64,000 nucleotides of DNA from Naegleria gruberi. Lineage: Eukaryota. Below the pieces are notes generated by a model. That model made no database searches. It saw only the letters and a program-made list of their open reading frames with translations, and was not told the DNA's origin. The DNA lies in assembly GCA_000004985.1 (NCBI GenBank), contig GG738846.1; one strand, 5' to 3'. The position numbers and the translations under genes were made by a program. This document shows positions 9,601-17,809 of this stretch, in pieces; position 1 is the first letter of the stretch; every line of letters begins with the position of its first letter.

Positions 9601-11190
9601 AAATTTCAACCCTAAAATTTTAGCAAGAGTACTAATTTCTTCATTCTTTACAACCTTATCCAGTTTACAATCTCTTACATTGAGAGGTTTTCCCTTTAGT
9701 GGGAATACTCCGTAGTAATCTCTACCAACTACACTCAAACCACCAACAGCAAGAGCTTTAGCAGAGTCTCCTTCTGTTAAAATCAAGGTACACTTTTCAG
9801 AATTTTTACTACCAGCATCGTTAGCATCATCCAATTTAGAAATACCAGTCAATCTTGATTTTTTAGTTCCTGATTTCTTATTGAGGGCTTTTTCTGACTT
9901 GAAATCAGCATACTTCAATACTGCTTCTGAAGCCATTTTAGTGACCTTCTTTAAGAATGCTTCATCTAATTTACATTTAGAACCAAAATCTTTCATAGAT
10001 GTGGTAAGAGTTTCCTTAGATTGAGAATCAAAAGATGGGTTAATAATTAGAGAACTGACAAATACCCATAATTGATTCTTAATGTAGGCAGGTTTGATAG
10101 TGTTATTTTTTTTAACCAGTGCCTTTTTGATATTATCTGAAACTTGATTTACGATATGATCAACATGTTTACCGCCTTTGGTTGTGCAAATACTATTGAC
10201 AAAACTGACTTGTTGCATGGAACCTTCACTCAATGTTATACCAACTTTCCATCTCTTACCATCTTCAAAGTAATGAATTTCCTTATCTATTGTGTAAAGT
10301 TTGACATAATCTTTAAATGTTTTCATTCCTGTAATCTTTTTTCCATTCAAATAAATACCAATACCAGTTTTAAGAGTACCTGCCAAATCATAAACTCTCT
10401 TTTTTAATAGGGAAACAATATCATCATCTAGTTTATCCATTCCAAATTTAGAAAGATCAGGATAAAAAGTAATTTCTGTATAACTTTCAGCTTTTGAACA
10501 TGTTGTAATTTTAGGTTCTTCCTCTTTTTCCATATTTTGAGTCCAAGTTTGTCTAAACTTTTTCTTTTCCTCAGAGTCTACTGTTTCAACAATAAACTTT
10601 TCGGAAAATATGTTTGTAAGTTTTGCACCATAACCATTTCTACCACCTGTAACTCTTTTTTGTGTATCATCAAAATTACTACTAGTTAACAAGTGACCAA
10701 AAATCATTGTTGGCACATAAATTTTGTGTTCGGCATGGATCTTGACAGGAATGCCTGCACCATTATTGTAGACTGATATTTCGTTTTGTTCGGGATTGAT
10801 TGTAACTTTAATCTTGTTGCAAGTTTCATCTCTAACAGAGTGATCGGCAGCATTGACTAGAATTTCATCAAAGATTTTATACAAGGCTGGAACAAATTTG
10901 ATAGTTTTCATCTTCATTCTTTTGTCTTCATCATCCCAAATCCACATATCCTCACCTTCTTGCATATTGACTGACCCAACATAGGTATCAGGTCTCAAAA
11001 GGATTTGTTCACGAAGACTTTTCTTTTGATAAATTTCTTCGACAGTCTTGTTCTTGTTGTTGTTAGATTCATCATGATCAATGAATTCAACCTCATCGTC
11101 TGATTCTTCGGCAGCAGAAGCTTCATCATCCGATTCTTCTTTTCTCTTTCTTTTTGGTGCAGCAGCTGGTGCTTTCTTCTTTGGTGGCAT
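6634..11190 (-). CDS. TOP2: DNA topoisomerase II
   Basis: Full ATPase and cleavage-core homology: GGRNGYGAKL, EGDSA, YKGLGTS, DQDHDGSHIKGL, PLKGKPLNV. Likely ATG is MPPKKKAPAAAPKRKRK at complement(11190). The ORF-track start at 11292 is TTG. The acidic/basic C-tail carries four PKRGRKPA repeats. Confidence 0.95.
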   Translation of the reverse strand: MPPKKKAPAAAPKRKRKEESDDEASAAEESDDEVEFIDHDESNNNKNKTVEEIYQKKSLREQILLRPDTYVGSVNMQEGEDMWIWDDEDKRMKMKTIKFVPALYKIFDEILVNAADHSVRDETCNKIKVTINPEQNEISVYNNGAGIPVKIHAEHKIYVPTMIFGHLLTSSNFDDTQKRVTGGRNGYGAKLTNIFSEKFIVETVDSEEKKKFRQTWTQNMEKEEEPKITTCSKAESYTEITFYPDLSKFGMDKLDDDIVSLLKKRVYDLAGTLKTGIGIYLNGKKITGMKTFKDYVKLYTIDKEIHYFEDGKRWKVGITLSEGSMQQVSFVNSICTTKGGKHVDHIVNQVSDNIKKALVKKNNTIKPAYIKNQLWVFVSSLIINPSFDSQSKETLTTSMKDFGSKCKLDEAFLKKVTKMASEAVLKYADFKSEKALNKKSGTKKSRLTGISKLDDANDAGSKNSEKCTLILTEGDSAKALAVGGLSVVGRDYYGVFPLKGKPLNVRDCKLDKVVKNEEISTLAKILGLKFDKTYTKEDIKSLRYGSIMIMADQDHDGSHIKGLLINFIHKFWPSLLKIPGFLKEFITPIVKATNNRTKKAVTFFSIPEYETWKEGLSDTKGWTIKYYKGLGTSTAPEAKEYFSNMSLHQKRFKYDTDCDKKITSVFSKAATDERKEWLNNHQEGTYIDHSKKEISYTDFIDKELILFSKADCKRSIPSIVDGLKPGQRKILFSCFKRNLKKEIKVAQLAGYVSEQSAYHHGEDSLNGTVVNMAQNFVGSNNINLLYPGGMFGTRLQGGKDSASPRYIFTKLSEITRYIFPKADDPVLEYLDDDGQSIEPRFYVPILPMVLVNGSEGIGTAWSTNIETYNPVDIVEGLKALIKGEEAKEFHPWYKGFDGIIERLAPTKWQTKGVIEKIDDNTLDISELPIRIWTESFKERLEKMMEAQQVDDFRENHTDVTVSFTVKMTDKQMKDAEDAGLYDYFKLFKKFSTSNMVLFSEEGGIKEYETVLDILKEFYPIRLKFYGKRKEYMLEKMKKELEILSNKVRFIMEVINETIQVKKRKKADLLKELKTKKYSSFPKEKKIAAAGDIQNEEEEEEEDEEKDVADLTDGYNYLLSMPLWSLTVEKVKKLEKEKEEKVKEVEQLENTKPETMWLSELDEFLEKLDSYEQKEQKEFDFYLKKIEKERGKHGKIPRPKGYRATSKLRPDIVVNESTAKVKTTRKRATSVKKEEQADDDEKPKRGRKPAVKKEEDEDDAEEKEEKPKRGRKPAAKKVVKEESDEEEDEEKEEKPKRGRKPAAKKKDDKDDEKPKRGRKPATKKQVEEDDEDDEDDDEEEEEEAKPKAVKSNRSAAKQTKLSFTKNEELAEEKKDEEPEEELSFAERVKRKTSAATTPAQPAASSSQSDEKQEDEELITAPIKTRETKPPTKKRKTSITDFFELKKKAEEVVVSDAEEDKEEPKARGRPVRTTRANKKVESEDEEEEEEEIIELSDSEASEPEDGEDDGDEFIPSDEED
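7225..7480. repeat. Four tandem degenerate ~60-80 bp repeats inside the TOP2 C-tail, each encoding EKPKRGRKPA(A/V/T)KK (AT-hook-like RGRKP core)
   Basis: The + strand unit gg(t/c)agctggttttctgccacgttttgg(c/t)tt(t/c)tc recurs at ~7228, 7283, 7366 and 7444. Protein: ...DEKPKRGRKPAVKKEE...EEKPKRGRKPAAKKVV...EEKPKRGRKPAAKKKDD...DEKPKRGRKPATKK. Confidence 0.7.
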
Positions 11191-11229
11191 CTTTAATGGT
11201 ATTTTTTTTCTTTTTGTTAACAGAAAATT

Positions 11230-11251
11230 ATTTGTTTGGCGCCAAACAAAT
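11230..11251. promoter_or_regulatory. Perfect 22-bp palindrome ATTTGTTTGGCGCCAAACAAAT with an E2F-type core TTTGGCGCCAAA, ~45 bp upstream of the TOP2 ATG
   Basis: Read directly at 11230-11251. It is its own reverse complement and matches the E2F/DP consensus TTTSSCGC in both orientations. Confidence 0.5.
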
Positions 11252-11315
11252 GCTAGGCTTTTCAAAACATTGTTAGAGATATCTTCTTTCAATGGTTACA
11301 ACAACTCAAATTTTT

Positions 11316-14300
11316 TTATTGAATTGATCTGTACATGTAATTATTTGTACTATTCAGAGAATAGGTACTACCATCGTGTGACTCGTGCAATGTGTTTCCA
11401 GGATTTAAACGACCTGTAATTGGGGCGGGCATTGACTTTACCTCATGCACCAATTTTTCTCGTTCTTCTGTAGGGTTAACTCTCAATTTTCTAAAAGGGC
11501 TTCCAAGTGGTTGCCACTGATGAATAATGTTAACATTCACCAGAGTTCCATGCACAGGAACGTGTGTTTGTTTGGAAAAACTTTCAAGAAGTCTTGAATA
11601 GGATTTCTTTGGATGTTTTTCTTTGGTTGTTCTCGATTTATCCAGAACAACTTCTCTCTGATTTACTTTCACATTCTTTCCAATTGTTGAATTATATTGT
11701 TGCTCGGCAATAAATTTTGCTGCATTAATTACGCCCCATTTCTTTAGGGATTCTTTTGATATCTGTACATATTGTCCAGTTTTTTCGTCGAGAATAATAA
11801 TAGTTTTCTTTGGATCTTTAGAATTTTCCTTATAGGGAACAGAAGGAATATCTTCGACAACATTTTGACTAGCATCATCCAAAAAAGTTTCCCAATTCAA
11901 ATTCTTTGATTCGTTTGACATTCCAATAGCTTCCTGGATGGCATCTCTAAGAATGGATGTAATTTCAGCAATTGACGATGGAACAGGGCTTGAATTCATA
12001 GGGTCCATAGACCTGTAAGCGTCATGTCTAACTGTTTCATACGGTAAGTATTTTCTATTAGGAAGAGAGGCTGAGGATACTATTGGCTTAATGCTAGGTT
12101 CTATTCTGCTGTTGTAGCTTCTTACTGAAGACATTGTTTCAGAGACATTGGCAGGAGATGTGAGTTTGGCTTTGATGAGCGTTTTCATCTTATTAGCAGT
12201 AAGATCTGGTTTCACTTTTGGAATATCTACTTCAACCTTCTTTTGAGGAGATTTCTTGTTTTTAACAATTGCCTTTATGGCTTCATGACCATCAAGCTCT
12301 TCCACATTTGATTTATCATTTCTCTTTTTTGATTTTTCAATCCTGTTCTTTGAAAGATATTTCAAGTCCTCATATCTCTTTTTCAATGGAGATTTGTGTC
12401 TTCTATTACCGTCAAATATTCTTTTTGCAGCATTAAAGTTAGCTCTCAAATCTCTAATTCTCTTGTCCTTTGACTTGATAAGCTTTTCCATATATTCAAG
12501 TTGATTCTCGTACTTGTTACGTTCTCTCTCAAAAATATCTTCACCATCGTGGGATGCTCTCAATAATTCTTCATTCTCTCCAAAAACTTCTTCGGCGTCA
12601 TCGAAACTATATTCATCTTCTTGAAAGGACTGGTAAACCTTATTGAAAGAGCCCATTAGATCCACATGCTCATTTTTCAGTTCCTCATACCTCTTGAAAA
12701 CATTTTTAATCTCTTCCTCATCAGCTTCATCAAGGGGAGAATTTTCAAGACTAAGCTTTAAGAACTCGATAATCTGATCCTTTTCTTTCAAAGTATTCTC
12801 CAAAGCATCCATTTTAAGTTTAAATTCAATCTGTGCTTTGATCTTTTCCTTGCTCCGTTTAATTTGACTTCTCTTCTGACTAATGTCTTTAAGTTGTGAC
12901 TGGAACATGGTGCTAGAACTATCTCTATCCTTTTCTTGTATTTGCTTAATTCCCGTTGTAGGGTCCACTACCATAGTTGGTTCTGGGAATACTCTATTCC
13001 TCAATTGATATGGTAAAATGGTTCTTATTACCTCTGGATCATCCATGCCCTTTAGAACAACAGGACCCATATACTTGCACCAAACCTTTTCAGAAAATGT
13101 ATCAAGTTTGTCTTTGATGGCATCCCACACAGAGTTTGAAATGACTATTTGACCACCTGCAGCCTGACCTTCAACTCTGGCTGACCTATTCACCACTGGT
13201 CCGAAATAGTCATATCTTCCTGTAACTGGATCCTTTTCAACAATTGGTTTACCTACATGGATACCCATTCTCACTCGCAGTCCTCTAAATATCATAGCAT
13301 TTGCATCTTCTGTGTCGTATTCAATTCTACCAGGTTTCAGACTCATCAATTCATTTGGCCAATCACCATACACCAAAGAAATTTGAGTCTTGATCGCAAA
13401 CTCAACAGCATCTTCAACACGATGAAAAGCACACATAAACTTTGTTAAATCATTGCTAGTGGTTGAAGAACATTTTTAAAAAAACTTACTGCATCACCTT
13501 CTGTTTTTACTTCGAACCCATCAGTTTCTGCTAAAATACTTCTTATTATTGAATTGTGAAGTTTTAGTGACTTTTCCATTGTTAAAGGATCAAGTTCCCA
13601 TAATCTTGTAGAATCTTGAACGTCTGTAAAAACAAGAGCCACCTCTCCTCTTGGACCTTCTTTAGGAACATTTTCGTCTTTCTTGTCTTCCTTATAAAAC
13701 TGCAGTCTTCTTTTCAAAATATCCATTTGTGTTTTGTAATCCGATAATTGGTTAGCCAAATCATTTGCTTCAAGAGAGACCTCTTTCAATTGTTTTTGGT
13801 CTTTTTCTTTCTTTTGTTCTTGGCTACTAAGAATGAGGGGTATTATTTGAGATTTTCTCATAATTGCTTCCTCATTTCTAGGTTTTGGAGGTGGTAATTT
13901 GATTTCTTGAATGGGTATTGGTACAAACTGTTGTTGAGATGGTTTTTTCTCAACAGGTGGTGGGAGTAATTCAATTTTTGAATTAGTTTTTGACAATGGT
14001 TGTGGAGTTTGTCTTCTACTCGTAGGCTTTTGAGGTATTTCTTCCATAACAACCAATTCCTTATCAGTTGTAATTTCCTCTTCGCTGTCACTCAAAACAA
14101 GGATCTCTGGAGTTGGTTTAACAGGAGATGCTCGTTCTACTACCAATTCTGGTTTTTTGTCTTCATGTTTTTCTTCTTTTGAGGGTTCTTCTGGAATGAG
14201 AAGCACCAGATCATCATCCTTTTTTTCCTCAATGGCAGGTTTGGGTTCAAAATCCTCCTCCAGCTCGTCCAACATAGTGGGCGATGACCCGTCCACTATT

Positions 14301-15292
14301 GGAATAGTTTTTAGAGTGGCTTGTTTTTTTAGTTTTTCAGCCTTTCTAATAAGCTTTTTCTTTAGTTTTTCAGCATCTTCTCTCTCCTTCTGCAGTCTAT
14401 CAAGTTCTGATTTTCTTTTCAGTTCCAAATTTTTGAGATTGGCGAGTGTCTCCTGTACCTTTTTTGATTGCTCTTTCAAAGCAAAATATGAAGCTGTATC
14501 AATTGTTGTGGTGTTATTTTCAGAATCGAGAATATCATCAGATTGATAGGTATCATTGGCCATTTCATCCTCATATCTATTCTTTTTAGACCAATTAAAT
14601 AAAGAATAATCCGTTGGTTGATAAGCTATTGAAGCTCCTTTCTTAAATAATTCCTCTCTCAGTAGTATTAATTCTTTGAAAAATGCTTCTCTTTGATGAT
14701 CGAGAAGTTCATTTCTTCTTTTGAGTTGACCTTTCATTAATTCCACTTCCACTTCATGCCTTCTGAGTTTTTCAGATAAATCTCTATTGTTAGTTAATAA
14801 TTCTTCCTCTTTCTTATTTCTTGCAATTCTTTCCCTTTCTATTTGTTGTTCTCTAATGATTGATTGAATTTTTAAGTCATCAAAGGCACTTCCGTGGTCA
14901 GGAGTTGCTGAAATTGATTTAATGGGAGTTTTAGTGCCACCATGATCATCCTCTGAAGAGGTTGGCCTCTGACTTGACTTTGGGCGAGATCTTCTACTGC
15001 TTACTCTTCTCCTCGATGAAGAGGTTCCAACTCTATCCTGTGGTGTTGAAGGATCGATTGGAGATTGGGCTTCCATTCTACCTTCCGAAGCTTCTGAAAC
15101 TCGTGATTGAGGTCTTTCCTTAGGATTAATAATACCCAATTCGAGAGGTGAGTCATCACTGTCCTCCTCATTTTGTTGTTGAGAAGAATTTTCGTTTTGT
15201 TTTACATCGAGGTAAGGAAGTTTTTTAAAGGATGCACTCGAGTCCATACTAAAATATATCCAAGCTGATGATATTATTTTCTTCTTTTGCAA
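11316..15292 (-). CDS. Class III adenylyl/guanylyl cyclase, probably soluble. Two exons: complement(join(11316..~13439, ~13491..15292)) with a ~51-nt GTAAGT...AAAG intron.
   Basis: Upstream ORF ends ...VALVFTDVQDSTRLWE...EVKTEGDA. Downstream ORF begins (F)MCAFHRVEDAVEFA...RVRMGIHVGKP...YFGPVVNRSARVEGQAAGGQIVIS. Splicing out the intron gives the canonical ...GDAFMCAF... junction. Long Ser/Pro/Glu-rich N-terminal region and coiled coil. Confidence 0.85.
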
Positions 15293-15420
15293 TTCCTCAG
15301 AGATATTGTCTTCCTCCTAAAATCAATATAGAATAACTACCTCAAATAACCTATTTGTCTTATACTACTAGTACCTGTTGAGTTCTTTTTTTAAACTTTG
15401 AAAAACCGTAATTTTAAAAT

Positions 15421-15430
15421 GGCGCCAACC
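15421..15430. promoter_or_regulatory. GGCGCCAACC motif ~130 bp upstream of the cyclase ATG
   Basis: aaaatGGCGCCAACCgac. Same core recurs upstream of IFT70 (22689-22698). Confidence 0.3.
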
Positions 15431-15487
15431 GACATTAACTTTTTGATTTATTCGATTTTTTCAATCACTACCATTAACAAGTTCATT

Positions 15488-16360
15488 TTAAAAATCCAAA
15501 CTCGAGTCGTCCAAATGAGAATCGATATTCACTCTGTCTGATAACAAACTGTTATCATTGAGTGGTTGATCATATTCATCCCCTTCTTCTGTCTTTTCCT
15601 TATTATACAAATCAATTAGTCTTTTCAATATACTATTAATCCTGGAAATATTGACACCTGATACATCTTCCATTAATTTTCCGCCCTTATAAAAGAGAAA
15701 TCTTGGACAAGATTTCCCTCTTACTGAAGCTATGAGAGGTACCCATGATTGCCTGTCAATATCTGAAAACGGATGTTGATTCGACGAGTCAATCACAAGA
15801 GATGACCTCATTGAACGATCTTGCATGCTTTCATCCATACTCTTGGAAAGATTTTCAATGTTTGAAATGTTGAGATTCGAAATATTTGAATCCGATTTTT
15901 CTATTGGGCTGATTGAGGCCATTGGTGTCTCATTTGTTTGCCCCTCCTGTAACACCATTGAATTATTTACAGAGCTTGAAGGAGAAAGAAGGTCAGCAAA
16001 TAGGCTGTCATTTAAATTATTATTTTGCTTTTTTGGAGGTGTTTGTGGAGCTTGTTGTGGAGATGGTTGAGGTGATTTCAAGTTTTTTGTTTTGTATAAC
16101 GAGAGAGGAAAACCAGCATTTTCAAGTGAAGCAATTACTTGATCTGAATTGACACACACGAAAGAAATTGGACAAAATTCATTAGCCTCCAAATATAATT
16201 TTTGAAAGTAAGGAACAACAACCTTACACGATCCAACCCAATCCGTATAAATATCTAGAACGATGATGGAACCGGAATGCAAAGACTTGGTAAATTCCTT
16301 CTCCAATTCTTTAAAGTTGGTTGTTTGAGTTTGAAAATCAATTCTGTGTCCTTTTTGCAT
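15488..16360 (-). CDS. Thioredoxin-fold protein with a degenerate active site (WVGSCK) and a ~150-aa low-complexity insertion between the two halves of the fold
   Basis: N-terminal half ...IVLDIYTDWVGSCKVVVPYFQKLYLE...CVNSDQ... C-terminal half ...PLIASVRGKSCPRFLFYKGGKLMEDVSG... (cf. PTLLFFKNGK). They are separated by an S/N/P/Q-rich region. Confidence 0.5.
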   Translation of the reverse strand: MQKGHRIDFQTQTTNFKELEKEFTKSLHSGSIIVLDIYTDWVGSCKVVVPYFQKLYLEANEFCPISFVCVNSDQVIASLENAGFPLSLYKTKNLKSPQPSPQQAPQTPPKKQNNNLNDSLFADLLSPSSSVNNSMVLQEGQTNETPMASISPIEKSDSNISNLNISNIENLSKSMDESMQDRSMRSSLVIDSSNQHPFSDIDRQSWVPLIASVRGKSCPRFLFYKGGKLMEDVSGVNISRINSILKRLIDLYNKEKTEEGDEYDQPLNDNSLLSDRVNIDSHLDDSSLDF

Positions 16361-16461
16361 TTTTTTCTAGAGTTTGTATTTTCATTCTTGAAAAATACAA
16401 AGCCATGTGTTTCTAATGGCATTAATTGAACTTAATAAATTTTTTGTTTTATCTAGTTGAC

Positions 16462-17571
16462 TTAATTGAAGGTCTTCAAAACGTTCATTCTAATCTTCAT
16501 GGCATCAGCTCTATCACCAGAAACTGAACCACCAGCCAAAATCTTTTCCAATCTGGCAACTTCAGTAGCAACGTATTCAGCACCCTTTTCAACAATACGA
16601 GCCATAGCCTTAGCATAGACATCAGCATTAGCCTTAGCAGCACCAACCAAGGAACTGACTGTAGCTTCAACTTCAGCAATAACCTTCTTCTTATCTTCAA
16701 CAGTAGAAGCGGCAAGGAACTTCTTGACTGGACCAACCATACTGGCGAGAACACCAGCCTTTTCAGACAAGGCTCCTTCAATATTACGTGAAGTACCAGC
16801 CTTATTGTTCAAAAATTCGAGGAAAGCTGGAGCTTCTCTACCAGAGTTATATTCTTCAGCTTCCTTATTTTCCTTAGCTGGGAAGAACTTCAAAGTTGGA
16901 TAACCTTGAACGCCATACTTGGAACAGAGATCTCTATACTTGTCGCAATCAACATGAGCAACAACAACACTCTTTTCATTGAGGAAAGCCTTGGCAACCT
17001 TTTCATAGTCTGGAGCCATCTTCTTACAATGTCCACACCATGGAGCATAGAATTTAACCAAAACATTCTTTTCACTATCCAAGACAATCTTGTCAAAGGT
17101 TTGTGGGCTAAGATCTTCAACAAAGGTTGGTTCCTTGGCAATTCTCAATCTGGAGCTTGGTTCCTTTTGATTAATGAAATCAACCATAGCTTCAACAGTT
17201 CTTCCGCTATTGTATTCAATTGGTTCGGATGATCCACGTGGGAAGTACTTCAAAGTTGGATAACCTTGAACACCATACTTGGAACAAACATCTCTTTCGT
17301 TATCACAGTTAATTTTAGCAACAGCAACAATGGTTGGCTTGGCTTTGATCAAAGCTTGACCGAGTTTGACCATTTCTGGGGCAAGATTCTTACAATGTCC
17401 ACACCATGGAGCATAGAATTCAACAAGGACACCCTTGGATCCATCAAGAACAGAAGCAGCATTGGCATTAGTAAGATCAATGATACCTTCCATGCTAGAT
17501 TCTGGTGTATCGGCCATAACGAGGGCAGCGAACAAGACTGCCAAGATTGTAGCGATGATGAGTTTTCTCAT
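16462..17571 (-). CDS. Protein disulfide isomerase, P5/PDIA6-like: signal peptide, two thioredoxin domains, ERp29-type C-domain
   Basis: Two APWCGHCK motifs, hydrophobic N-terminus. The two Trx domains are a clear internal tandem duplication at the DNA level (16881-16940 vs 17241-17300, ~85% identical). Confidence 0.9.
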   Translation of the reverse strand: MRKLIIATILAVLFAALVMADTPESSMEGIIDLTNANAASVLDGSKGVLVEFYAPWCGHCKNLAPEMVKLGQALIKAKPTIVAVAKINCDNERDVCSKYGVQGYPTLKYFPRGSSEPIEYNSGRTVEAMVDFINQKEPSSRLRIAKEPTFVEDLSPQTFDKIVLDSEKNVLVKFYAPWCGHCKKMAPDYEKVAKAFLNEKSVVVAHVDCDKYRDLCSKYGVQGYPTLKFFPAKENKEAEEYNSGREAPAFLEFLNNKAGTSRNIEGALSEKAGVLASMVGPVKKFLAASTVEDKKKVIAEVEATVSSLVGAAKANADVYAKAMARIVEKGAEYVATEVARLEKILAGGSVSGDRADAMKIRMNVLKTFN

Positions 17572-17809
17572 TTTTTTAATTTGTCATTTTAAAAATTAAT
17601 TATTTTTTCAATTCATTGTTCCGAGATGAGGCTTCAGTCTGTTTGCTGCACAAGGCGAACACGTGTCTCGAGTAAGGATAACATAAAGGATTCACTCTCT
17701 TAGTTTGAAATAACCAAAGATGAGAGTGGTAACGTTTGGTTCAAAGTTTAAAAATATTAATTGCTAAATGTTCCCTCTTTTTATTGTTGATAAATCAACT
17801 CTTTAAAAA

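Noticed and set aside
16881-17300. Internal DNA direct repeat in the PDI gene as a separate 'repeat' or mobile feature
   Set aside because: It is the expected tandem duplication encoding the two thioredoxin domains of P5-type PDIs. The identity (~85%) is notable but within the gene's normal architecture.
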